Below, in pieces: positions 13,001 through 24,684 of a DNA stretch of 64,000 bases. The translations under genes were made by a program, and so were the position numbers. Position 1 is the stretch's first letter. Every line of letters begins with the position of its first letter. A model generated the notes under the pieces. It did no database searches, was not told where the DNA came from, and saw only the letters and a program-made list of their open reading frames with translations. Origin of the DNA: Takakia lepidozioides (Eukaryota > Plantae > Bryophyta); NCBI GenBank assembly GCA_030704615.1, contig CM060731.1:10354001-10418000 (forward strand). The letters are read 5' to 3'.

Positions 13001-16000
13001 ACCTCCGTATGCGGGACCCTTTCGCATCCGGAAGGTTATGATGAGGATGTGTATGAATTGGAGCTGCCGGCAAACAGCAAGGTGCATCCAGTATTCCATG
13101 TCTCCCTTTTGAAGCCTTACTTCAAAGATGAAGCGCGTCCGAATCGGCATCAAGTGTTGCGTCCGCCACCTATGCTGTTGGATCATGAAAATGAACCTGA
13201 GTACGAGGTGGAGGCAATAGTACTTAAGTCAAGGAGGTTCAAGAACCGAGAAACAGAGTATCTCGTCAAATGGAAGGGCTATCATCATGTGGAGGCATCT
13301 TGGGCGTGCCTCAGAAATGGGGAACGCATCCGAGGCGGTTGCAGCGTTCGAAGGGCGACCTCAAAAGCGGAAGAAGCGTTGATGGGGACATCAACCTTGG
13401 AGCGTGGGGAGGAAATGCATGCTTAGCCCGGCTTAGCTAGCGCAGGAATCCGATTGCAAAAACTTGTATTGTACAAATTTGCTTTAAATGAAATGTTTCA
13501 AATGTTGTGCTTCCTATTTTGTTTGGAATGGTGATGCATGGTATGGTTGGCTAGTGTGTAGAATGCATGCTAGCTTACAAAAGTGGGAGAGGTAAATTGG
13601 TTAATCGTGTGTTTGCGCAGTGCCGAAATCGGGTGACTCCCATCCAAGGGCAAGGAAACTTGCGCCTTCTTTGGGAGTTCACGTGCTAGTGCGCACCTGG
13701 CGCGCTTGCGCGTACTATAACTGCGCTACCGAGGGGGTTGCCTTGTAGTGCGGGCTAACGCGGAAGCTACGTTTCCGTTCACGTACTATAATCGTGTAGC
13801 CTCGGACGAAGTCGTAGTGCGGCTTCGGCGTGTTCCCGTACTCAGGCCAGCATTCCAAGGCGGACCCAATTGTAGTGATTGGGGCGCACGGGTTTCAAGG
13901 TTATTTTCCTAGTCAAAGAGGTTCGAGGTGAACCCTTGCTCAAGGTGATGCAAAAGCGGCATCATGAGCGGTCGCAAGCAATGTTGTTGCAGTAAGGCGA
14001 TTCGATCCTCGGGGAGGATCGTTCCTTGGCCTTGAAGTAGGCCAAGAAGAGTGCACTGGGAGGAGCTGAGAGGCTCCACCCTTGCCAGGACTTGGAGGAA
14101 GTCGGCTGAACTAGCTAGTGGAGAGTAGAGTCAAGTGGGTTTGGTTCTTTGCCATGGGACGCCATGGTACGGAAAAAACTCCTTGATGTGGGACGCCACA
14201 ACTTGGATGTTCGTTTCTAACAAAATGGACAAGTCGATGAGGACATCGACTCCCTGTTGGTAGGGGTGTGTGTCGCGGCCCTTTGCCTTGAGGCGGGGGT
14301 CGGGACACATCAGGGCTGCCCCTGTGGTGGGGGCAGCGGCAGCGATAGGTATGGGGGCTGAAGCACCCTTGAGTGCCCAAGGCACTCAGGGAAGCGGAGG
14401 CGCTCACTAGGTGGAGCCCCGCACACCGGGTTGCGGTGGGGGTGGCTCCACAAGGGTGGTGGTAGCTTAGCGGGACTTAGTGGGGGTGGCATAGGACTCA
14501 CCATGGGGCGGAGACCTCGTGGTGGGAGTCGTGGGAGTCTTGGGACTCATCACGGTCCATAGGGCCCGTGGTGAGTGGGCCAAGACTCACCGCGACTCAT
14601 CACCGGGAGTCGAGGGTTTCGTGGTGGTTCGCCATAAAATGGCATGGCTGTTGTGAAACCCCCGCGGACGGCTACAGAAGTATATATAGGGAGTAGTAAC
14701 CCCGAGAACGGTGCAAGCCCGTTGGTGACCAAAGACTAGTGAGTAAGCGAGCGAGCCGGAAAGCGACCAAAGAGTGGGGAGCTGTTCCGGACTGCCAACT
14801 ACCAAAGGGAATTCCCGCTGGTTCCAAATCGGTGGAGGGTTCTTTGGGAGAACAAAGGGGACCGTTATGCCCCGGTGAGCAGCCGAAGCTCCAAGTTGGC
14901 CGGTGGCCAGGTTGGGAGTCAGGCGCGCGCATCAAAGCGAGTAACTATGACTTTGAGGGAGCTTACCGAAGTGAGGTGCGCGACATATGATGCAGCAACC
15001 ACTCTAGCAAACGTGGAAAACACACTTACCCGCCTGTCAACTCCCAGCTGACAACCGTGACACTGAACCCTCTTGAATTTCATATAATGTAGGAGGGCAC
15101 CCTGATAGTGTTTCCTACAAATTAATCCATGCCACAAACAAACCCATACCACAAGTCAGTAAGCAATGTGAGGGCTGACGATATACACATAGCAATTCAA
15201 TGAGGAACAAAATACAGAGTCGTGATGATGCCACTTACCAAGCGTGCTTCCACCATTGCCTTCCCACCACGGCCAGTCTTGGTAGGATTCAGAATTGCAC
15301 CATTTGCCTTCTTCATGTTGCCCGACACTTTGTGGAACACCTCTGTCTGCCAGTAACTTACCAAGCTTGTTCCAAACCTCGTCAGATACGAGTAATGGGT
15401 TTCCCCTTACCACAACCACGCAGTGTGTGCTTCAGAACGCTGCTCTTCATTATTCTGCCAATTGTTGTTTTAGGTGGAAGAAGTCTTTAACTCGTGCGGC
15501 GTATATGAAAATAGCTTAGCCAGGGTGATCTTTGATTCGTATACAACTTCATCAGGTTGGTTGTTGATGGCTCGGGAACAATCTATTGTGATATAAGCCT
15601 GTCCTTTAAGGGCAGCGTGCCATACATTCGGGTCTGACCATACGGGGCTACTTTGAGGTTCGTCAAAATCACCGTGGGAGGAAGACCTGCAGCTATTCTC
15701 TCTTCCTGACCTTGGCAAGCGTCAATTTTGGCTGAGCTATTAGCCCTCCTTAAAGCATTGTTCTATCATTCTTTGAAACGACACCCTCCCCTCCTTCAGA
15801 GACCTCCGGCGCTCAGGAGAATTCAAAGCAGGATCCTGCCAAGTAGGGACTGGTGGCCATGGTTGTGGCCAGAAGGCCGAGGACCATACTGGCCATACTG
15901 TCCCATAAGCAGGAGGATATTCCGGTGGTTGCCACCCCCATAGCTATTAGGGGTGGCAAATATGGTGAAGGAGGATACTGGCCATACTGCCCATATGGAG

Positions 16001-17230
16001 GAGCACCATATTGACCCTGACCATACGAGTGCCAGACTGTGGGTACTGAGGCATACCATATAAGGTGGGGGTACTGGTGGCACAGAACCCACAACGTTGG
16101 GAGAGTTAGGCCACCTCCCTGCGTTCTTGTGGGCGGTTCTCCAGTGCTAGCAGCAAGGATCGTGGATCCAGTGCGCTTGTGCTTGCCTGATTGAAAGAAA
16201 TTCCCCAGTACAATGTGGGTGTGATTACACATACATATAGGCAGCAAGCAGCAAATCCTTGAATTCAAGCAAAACAAACTGGAAGCACATATCATTTGTA
16301 AGGACAAGATTACCCAAAACTCAGTATGATCTTGGGCAGAAATCTCCCAAATTTGATTGGCCCCAATGATGTCCTCCCCAGTACATTTTTGAGCCCTCTT
16401 AGGTATGGGGTGTTCCTGAAATCCTAGCAAGATTGAAAGGACAAACCTGATGGGTCCATGAGAAGTATCCCTCCAAGTTTTACTGATATTCTGGTTGCAT
16501 AAGTAACCCAAGTATCTCTATAAGTAGCCATTGTAGCTTAGTACCAGGACGTTGGTTTCATGGGGCAAAGAATTGAACACACCTGAAGTCTACATTGGCC
16601 TGACATCATGCTTTGGCACTTCAAACTTGTCTAGTGGAAATCATTGTGATTGTGCCTTGGCTGACCCCTTGCATTGTCCAATTCCCTGTCTTGACAGACT
16701 ACCCTATCTCTTCGTGATTTTACCAAAAAATACATAATTAGAATCATGGTCATTGTGAAGAAAACTAAACTCACAGACGGAGAAGGTGTTCGTAGTGTAG
16801 ATGATGGGCGTTTTTGTCCTGCGACATGAGCATGGGCATGTTCTCCTCGGCTTGCCGTGGCATCCGCCGACGACGCACTCGCCTTCGCACTGGCGTGGGA
16901 GGAGTGGATCGTCCTCATCGTCCTCAGAGAGCCCTCAGCGAATCGTAGTCTTCATCGTCTTCAGTCTGGCACTTTGCCTTGCAGGACCTTGATCCCTACC
17001 TTTTTCTTCGGAGCGCGTGGCTTGCGAGGGCGATTCGCTCCCGCAAGCCTGCACAAACACCTCCATGACCTCCCTCTCAAACAATCACAAAACAAATGTA
17101 AGCATACATACCCTAATACTCTTAAGCCTACGCTGAACCACAGCCGCACCCTACCAGGACGTAAGCTGCCCAGAATGACGGCGGACATCTCCCGCCTAAT
17201 GACACCGTCCTCAAACCTAATCGTCACTCA
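7064..17230 (-). CDS. CACTA TnpA/Transposase_24-like multi-exon gene fused to an FCP1/NIF-like HAD phosphatase domain (frameshifted; intron contains the LTR element)
   Basis: 15230-15400 reads [47 protein letters not shown]|gtaagt (Ptta/En/Spm-like). 7064-7450 reads [12 protein letters not shown]...[23 protein letters not shown]...[12 protein letters not shown]. Donor near 15030, acceptor near 7994. The 5' end is approximate. Confidence 0.6.
8109..8817 (+). repeat. 5' LTR of chromovirus
   Basis: TGTCGCGGCC...GCGCGACA, direct repeat of 14271-14985; TATA-like tatatatag near 8517. Confidence 0.95.
8820..8831 (+). promoter_or_regulatory. Primer-binding site (tRNA-iMet)
   Basis: TGGTATCAGAGC 2 nt after the 5' LTR. 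Confidence 0.9.
8871..13426 (+). CDS. Gag-Pol polyprotein with C-terminal chromodomain (multiple 1-bp frameshifts)
   Basis: Gag WLLELEQYF; knuckle [14 protein letters not shown]; [12 protein letters not shown]; [27 protein letters not shown]; RH TDASD; [33 protein letters not shown]; chromodomain EYEVEAI...EYLVKWKGY...ASW. Confidence 0.92.
14271..14985 (+). repeat. 3' LTR of chromovirus
   Basis: Direct repeat of the 5' LTR, preceded by purine-rich ggtaggggtgtg and followed by TSD TATGA. Confidence 0.95.
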
Positions 17231-17647
17231 CTGCATGTTGTTTGCCTCTTGTTTGTACAAGTCGCAGCTACTCGCCCCCATTTGTGCTATGAAGCTTATG
17301 ATCGCTGTAGGAAGGTTAGAGGATAAGGCAAATCGCAAGTTTAGTGGGTGGGTATCCAAGTCAGGAACTAAACTCACCCATCTTCGACTGCTTGAACGTT
17401 GCTTCCACCTCCTTTATGGCAGCAATCCGGCGCTCTCGGAACTTCTCGTACTCAGTGAGAGGGACTGTCACTTCGAAGACCTTCCGCTTCACCATGGACA
17501 CTCAGAGAAACGATACTTATAGTATACTATAGATATAGAAATAGCACATTGGCAGCTGGTGCAAAACTAGAGACAATGCACTGTGCGTAGCATGCAAAGA
17601 GGGAAGGGGTGACGTTCAAAGCATGTACAGTGCAAGGTGGCGAACGG

Positions 17648-20600
17648 ATGCGTAGGCGTAGAATAGATGACCGTCTATGGCGAATGGAAGAAGCTTTATG
17701 CCACAAGGAATGGGCATACAAAAATGTTATGCAACTGCGATGAGTGTCATGGAGGAAAAGTACTCTGTTGGAAACAGTGAGGAATCATTACATGATACAC
17801 GGGAGGGATCCTCTTCTCAACGCTGTTCTCTTCGGTAAGATCGCCACTTTCCCTTCAGCACTTTAGTTTGAATTTTGAATGCAACGATCCTCTTCTCCAC
17901 ATGTCGACATTTCGTTGGGTGATTGTAGTCAAGAAGTCATAAGATACAGACGTGAGTATGACTACGCCACTTCCGTTATCACTTTAATTAATGCACATGT
18001 CGTGTTTTCATTGGTCATGTGTAGTCATGTAGTCATATATGACTAAGTAAGTGACTGCAACTATGACTTCAATGGTTACAAATGTCGTGTTTGATTGGGT
18101 GTATATTCATAAGATACATACGTAAATATGACTGCATCACTGCAAAGTCACCGTGCCTCCTATGTCATAATATGAACAAGTGTCACATCGTTGTTGGTCC
18201 ACTCACAAGATGACTATTGGGATGCAGGGATGTGAATATTCAGATGATGAAGACGAAGGCCCTGCGGCACAGCGGGAGCCCAATGTCACAGAGAACGCAG
18301 ATGAGAGTGGTGGATTGGAGGTAGAAATGCAGCGTGCATTGCAGGAAGCTTTCTCTTTGCAGATGCAAACAGAGAGGACCCCATTCATGGGAAGAACGAT
18401 CACACATTTGCCGATCATGACGATGATCTCGACGATTCCGGAGACAATGAATTTGATGAGAATGCTCACCTGCACGTTGATCCCGAGTATGATAAACTCT
18501 TCCGAGCGTCGCAATGTCCACTTTTTGAAGGGTGCTCCATCAGCCGGCTGCAAGCAACTTTGACGTTGCTGAACGCATGCACTACCACAAGTGCACCAAT
18601 GCATTTGTGGATGAGCTTCTGGGATTGTTGCGTAAGAGTTTTTTGCCTAAAGAGAATTCATTGCCGAAAACTCACTATGAAGCAAAAACCATGATTGCCA
18701 AGATGGGATTGCAGTACACGATGATTCATGCCTGTGAGCGTGGTTGTGTACTCTTCCGTGGGGAGTATGAGAATGTAGACATTTGCCCAGTGTGCCGCAG
18801 TTCCCGTTACATTCCAGGTCGTGGAAGTGTGCCCAAGAAAGTATTGCGACACTTCCCTGTCATTCCAAGGTTGAAACGTATGTACCGATGTAAATCGATC
18901 GCTAACCTCATGACATGGCACGACAGACATAAGAGCCAGGATGGGTTGGTTCGACATCCAGCTGATAGCAAAGCATGGAGACACATTGACACCACATTTG
19001 CGGATTTTGCTGCAGAGCCACGATCTCTGCGATTTGGATTGGCCTTAGACGGTGTAAATCCCTACGGAGCTCAATCCACAAGTTGGAGCACATGGCCCGT
19101 TCTCTTGGTCAATTACAATCTGCCTCCGTGGTTAATGACCAAAAAGTTCTTTGTCATGTTAGCGCTACTGATTCCTGGTAAGGAGTCTGTTACCTCGGAC
19201 AACGTAGATGTTTACCTGATGCCCTAGTGGAAGAGCTATTGGAACTATGGAGAGGGATTGCAGCTCATGATGTTTCCCGTCCTCGTGGTCAACGCGAATT
19301 CACACTGAGGGCAGTGTTGATGTGGTCAATCCATGACTACCCTGCATATGGCTTGCTCTCAGGTCAAGTGACGAAAGGTTATGCTGGTTGTCCAGCTTGT
19401 GGACCCGGGGTGACTTCACAGCAGTTACACACATGTGGAAAAATTGTTTTCCTAGGCCACCGAAGATTTTTGGCCCGCAATCATCTATATAGAAGGTCAA
19501 GAATGTTCAATGGCGCTACTGAGCATGGAACTCCTCCAAAAACGCAGACTGGAACACAAATCAAGGACCTTGCAACAGCTCGCACTGCATGGGTGGAAAA
19601 CGGAGGGACGCCAGATAGCAGGACAGACCCAACAAAAACTCATGGAGTTAAGCGATTGTCAATTTTATATGTCTTACCTTATTGGAGGTAATTCCTTCAT
19701 GGCCTTTAAATTGGCTGTGTACATTTTTGCGTTTTCTATTTAAATTGTGATGAGTAAATGCTCAATTGCTTATGTGTTCATTTTGTAGGGTCTCCTCATC
19801 CGCCACACGTTTGACGCAATGCATTGCGAGAAGAACTTGGCTGAAAATATTATTAAAAATATCTTTGGTGAGAAAGACACATTGAAAGTTCGCCGTGATT
19901 TGGAGCTACTTGGGATGCGCCCGGAATTGTGGCTACAACGTGATCCTGACAGAGCAGATAAGTTAATTATGCCTCCTGCCCCTTATGTCCTCACTGAGGC
20001 TGAGTTACAAGTCTTTCTGGAGATTGTGCAGAACTTGAAAGTGCCAACAGGCTACGCATCAGCTTTCAAAAAGCATGTGGTGAAGAAGAAGTTGTTAGGC
20101 ATGAAATCACATGACTATCATGTGCTCATGCAGCAAATTATACCGCTTGCTATCCGTGGGCTCATGCCAAGTGGTCCTCGAAGGGCCATTTTGCGAGTAT
20201 GTCGTGTATTTAAGAAGTTGTGTGCAAAAGTGGTGAATCCTGTAGAGTATGAGGAATTGAGAACTGAAGCAGTTCTCACTCTGTGTCTTATAGAGAAGGA
20301 GTTCCCACCATCATTTTTTGATGTGATGACACATCTGGTTGTTCACCTAGTGGATGAGTTGTACTTATGCGGGCCCGTAGCATCTCGTTGGATGTACCCC
20401 ATGGAGCGGGCAATGAAAGATATGAAGGGCTACGTAAGAAACATGGCAAGGCCCGAGGGGAGCATGACAGAAGGATACCAATTTGAAGAAGCATTGGGTT
20501 TTTGCACAGAGTATATGGCAGGATTTGATGGAAGTGTACGAAGGGTGTGGGATGCAGATGAGGCAGAATCTGTGGAACGTGAAGTTGTGGAAGGAAGTTC

Positions 20601-21769
20601 TAAAGCCCGAAAATTGAATGACCTGTGTGATATTGTACATGAGTACATCATTCAGAACCATCCTCGTCTATCAGTCATGTTGGGGTAAGAAATCTACTTC
20701 ATTGACATTCAGATTTCCAAGTTTTAGTCATTTATCATTAGTTGGCATATGGCGTCTTTTCAAATCTCCCACGCCACCTCTGTCAATCTCCTGGCTGACC
20801 CTCGGATTGTGACAGGATATATGAAGCAGAGTCCACACGGATAGAAGCCAGACGACGCTTGTTTCGTGAGGAGAAGGGCTGGAAGGCATGAGCAATCCCA
20901 CGGCAATTCAGTACCCTCCTGATTTGCATCCTTGTCCTCCATTTGCTGTTTGGCTCCCTCAAGGTGTACGGGATCATCTCTCAATTCAATCAGATGGGCT
21001 TGATCCTACAACACGTGAGGAATTACTGGATCTTTCAAGGCCTCCATCATTTACTGCCCTGTCATTCAAGAGTATGACAACGTATGGTAACCATTACAGG
21101 GTTACATCCCCCGGCATGAACACAACAAGTATGGTGTCTTTTGATTGTGGAGTCTCATCTGTTTTCCAGCACCAGCCCATTACCAACAATTCAGGCAATG
21201 ACATGGAGGAACCTACAAGATATGTGGGTCTTATAAGGGAGATTTTGCAAATTGACTATGGCCAAACACAACCTATAGTGTTTTTGTGTTCGTGGGTACG
21301 GGCGAGTCGCGTGGGTCGTCAACCTATGTCAATGAAGCAGGATGATGCTGGCTTCACACTTGTCAATTTTAACCGTATGCTTCCACCTTCTGAGCAACCT
21401 TTTGTGTTTCCTGGCCAGGTTGATCAAGTGTTTTTTTCTGATTGTGTGAAGGAGCCGGGGTGGAAAGTCGTCCTGGAGAAGAGCCCCCGAGCACGTAGAG
21501 TGGTCTGCGACATATCAATTGATAATGATGATGTGGCGGAAGTGGAAGGATTGTTAGCCCCACAAAGACTAGAGGAGACTGTGGTTACTGATGGCCCAAC
21601 ATGCAGCCGAGCGGTACCGGTTACTCCAGAGCAGGTGGCCTCCTTGTACCTCCGAGCACCCCATATACGTGGTGATGATGTTCAGCCAACCCTTGGAGAA
21701 GATGAAGTCTGTGATGAAGACAGTGATACATGTAGTGAGCTAGACATAGATGAGGATGATGAAGATTAG
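17648..21769 (+). CDS. CACTA (En/Spm) TnpD transposase, ~4 exons (approx. 17648-17834, 18228-19687, 19789-20684, 20815-21769)
   Basis: CNCDEC...VRNHYMIHG (transposase-associated); IHACERGCVLF, HPADSKAWRHID, LALDGVNPY, WPVLLVNYNLPP, DYPAYG (Transposase_21); MHCEKN, KSHDYHVLMQ, WMYPMER (DUF4218); QPFVFPGQVDQVFF...WKVV (DUF4216); GT-AG introns; a few 1-bp frameshifts. Confidence 0.93.
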
Positions 21770-22119
21770 ATATGCGCGATTTGTGCACTCCAGTTATAGA
21801 CCATGCATGATAGTTTAAGGTGGTAACACTCCCTTCGCATTCCCATTAAGATATCATGCTTGGACACTGGATTTTATGATCAATTATGGAGTGCTTTCCT
21901 TTCAGCACCCTTTATTCATTTGTTGTTGCAATTGGCTTTGGACCAACCCGTGCTGGTACCATTGCCATGGGTTTTGCCTGCAATGTTTTCTTGCCATGGA
22001 TTCGGCACACGCCACGAAAGGCCATCCAGACCATCCTCTGGAAATGCTCCAATGTTGTTTCAAACATCTCCACATTGCAATGGATACAACACTGACATTA
22101 GATGAGTGAAAGTGAGACT

Positions 22120-22277
22120 AGACCTCCAGCCAGCCGGCTTTCCCACATCAAATTGAAGGGGATCTGTAGATTATAGATAACGGCTGTTGCCTTCTCAATG
22201 TCTTTTCCAATGACCTCTGCAATGAACTGGGGTATAAGATCCTTCAAATCACAAGTTTGAGCATCACGCACAAGCCA
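22120..22277 (-). pseudogene. RPS3A: Captured 40S ribosomal protein S3a (eS1) fragment, copy 1
   Basis: LVRDAQTCDLKDLIPQFIAEVIGKDIEKATAVIYNLQ then FDVGK matches the eS1 C-terminal region (CDLKELVAKFIPE.IGKEIEKAT..IYPLQ...PKFDLGKLMEV). Confidence 0.8.
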
Positions 22278-22878
22278 CTTACGGGGATAGAGTTTCCAAT
22301 GCGAACCATTGGTCTTTTATTGATAGCATTGTTTGTAAAATACATGGACCAACATGGTCAATTTGGGAATGACATATAGTACGCTTTCATGTACTATGTA
22401 AGCATGCAACTATGTACCAGTGACGTGGCTTGTTCGCCACTTAACCTGTTTGCCCATTCAGCCAGCTCCACATTGTCATGGATTTTGCATGCTGGATTGT
22501 GAGGCCATCCACACCGTCCTCTGGAAATGCTATCATGGGGTTTCAGCTATGTCCACATTTCCCTGGATTATGCCTGCACGAAGCAAGGCCAACTGCATTC
22601 AGCACCCTCCACTTTATTATAGTATTGCAGTAACATTCAAAGCACTTCAATTTGTATCCATCGAAAACATCTAGGCTGGAAAAAGACATTGTTGCAGCAG
22701 AACTTAGGAAAGTACTTCTCCCCTTCCATACACACGTGAAATGAAAGAAGCCAACCAACAGCATACCAGCCAAGAAAATATGAAACCAGCCAAGAAAAGA
22801 GCCAATATATGCAGTGAAGGTCGACACTAAATGAAACTTATCCAACACTTACATTAGAGGAGGGAAGCTAAGTCATAC

Positions 22879-22995
22879 CTCCATAAGCTTGCCCACATCA
22901 AATTTGGGAGCTTTCAGAATTTCTCCTTTCCGGTTGAATGAACTTGGCTACAAGATCCTTCAAATCGCAAGTTTGAGCTTCACACACAATGAACT
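22879..22995 (-). pseudogene. RPS3A: Captured RPS3a fragment, copy 2
   Basis: CEAQTCDLKDLVAKFI, a deletion, then ILKAPKFDVGKLME followed by a gtatg donor-like site. Confidence 0.85.
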
Positions 22996-24069
22996 TGCAG
23001 GGATTGAGCTTCCAATGCGAACAAGGAGTCTTATATTGATAGCATTGTTGTAAAACACATGGACCAACAATGACAGTCTCTGGAATGACATATAGTACAG
23101 TAATGACATGTAGTACAGCATGCCGCTTCCAGTTGACCATCTACCCATGTAGGTTTCTTGTAGCTATCCTTCCACAGGGAATCATAGGTAATGTGGAGCT
23201 TGAAATCCAGCCCTCTTGGATGAATGTGGACCCACACTCTATCCCTGCTCCTTCAGCTATCCATGCCTCTGACCCTACAATTCTACCAGCAAACACCCCA
23301 ACCATACTGGTGTGGAGTTCTTCCCAAAACACCCCAACCCTACTTATCACAATCTGAAATGCATCTGCTTCTCTCTGTAGTCCAACAGGCATTCGCCTTT
23401 TTGTCTCCATTGTCCCACCATTGGGGTCGGAAAGTGTTCACCCCTCACCTCTATTATATGTTTTTGGATACTTCCCTGCTGCCACACTGGCAGTAACTTG
23501 CCAAAGTCACTCCAAACCACCACAGATGTACCCAACGACCTAACTTACAGAATTCAATATGCATCTTGCGGTCGAGTCTGATGAGAGGGCAACACAGGCT
23601 GAAATAGGTTGAAGAAGAAGGTGCCCTACCACATTGTCCTTGACCTGTCCTGACCCATGGAGGATTTGACCGATGACCTCTTGTGTGTGCTGCTTGTGTC
23701 TGTAGTCAGGTAATGTTGGATTGGTCTGTCAGATTGAACCACTACGGCGTAGATGAGTAGTCAGAGATTGAAACACGCTTGCTAAGACCAAGCTGACTCT
23801 CCCAAGAACGGCGAGCTCGCTTGTCCTCGTCTCGTCCTCGTCTTCTCCTTCGTGCATCATTTGCTCAACGCCTCCATCCCACGCCCCTGCATATCCTGCT
23901 AAGATCGCGTTCCATCCCTCAGCTATGTGGTGTGGCGCAGGAGACAAAAAGACGCCAAGTCCCAGCCCTCCTTTCTGTTCACGATTACACTAATGGGCAA
24001 CCTTATTAGCAAAAAATTTAACTTTTTTAAACCTAATGGGCAACCTTATTTGCATTATATGTGCCTTCA

Positions 24070-24387
24070 AAATGACACGTGTAGTGATGTAGTCATATAA
24101 ATAGAGCTCTGAAACCATCTTCAGTCATGGAGTCACAAGATTCCATGAAACGTCGTCCACATGTAGTCAAACATATCACACTAGTCATATAAACCATCCC
24201 TGTCATCATGGTCAACAATGTTTGACCAATGCTCCCTAACTTTCCGGAGTCATGTAGTGATATCCATTACTACAAAGTCATAAAACTAAAACTGTAATGC
24301 ATTTCAGCGCTCTGTAGTCATGTACCTAGTGCAGTTTTTATGACTCCGCCAAACCCGTAGTCCTAAAAACGCTCATCTCTTGTAGTG
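24070..24387 (+). repeat. CACTA right terminus: subterminal repeats and TIR
   Basis: GTAGTCAT repeats; ends GTAGTCCTAAAAACGCTCATCTCTTGTAGTG|cat. Confidence 0.88.
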
Positions 24388-24684
24388 CATGGATCATGTT
24401 ACATCCCATCCATCCGAATCATGTGCTAATCCCGCGCGCGATGTTGGGTTGTGGTGATAGGTGTCATGTGCCACAAAGTTCATGTGGTGTGGTGACGGCC
24501 GGCCAGCGGGGGCGGGGCGGGGCGGGCGGGCGGGGGGGGGGGGGTGGCACGGGGGCGAGGGGGCGCAACGACCGCAAGCCGTGCAGGAGCCGGCGAAGGG
24601 GGTGCGGCTGGGGTGGCGGGGGGTGCCACGCAGGCAGGACCGTAGGGGTCACATTAAACTCCCGGGCCTTTCCTAATGTGCGCC

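Larger units (their letters stand above)
8109..14985 (+). mobile_element. Complete Ty3/gypsy chromovirus LTR retrotransposon
   Basis: Near-identical TG..CA LTRs at 8109-8817 and 14271-14985; 5-bp TSD TATGA (8104-8108 and 14986-14990); PBS and PPT present; gag-PR-RT-RH-INT-chromodomain order. Confidence 0.97.
2271..24387 (+). mobile_element. CACTA transposon (~12.8 kb without the nested LTR element); true extent is 2271-4635 (inverted left arm) plus 7064-24387
   Basis: TIR pair at 4605-4635 and 24357-24387; 3-bp TSD CAT at both ends once the inversion is undone; shared subterminal repeats; TnpD and TnpA-like genes. Confidence 0.8.

Noticed and set aside
16857-17522. 221-aa plus-strand ORF
   Set aside because: No recognisable motifs; overlaps the antisense of TnpA-like 5' exons and the promoter region.
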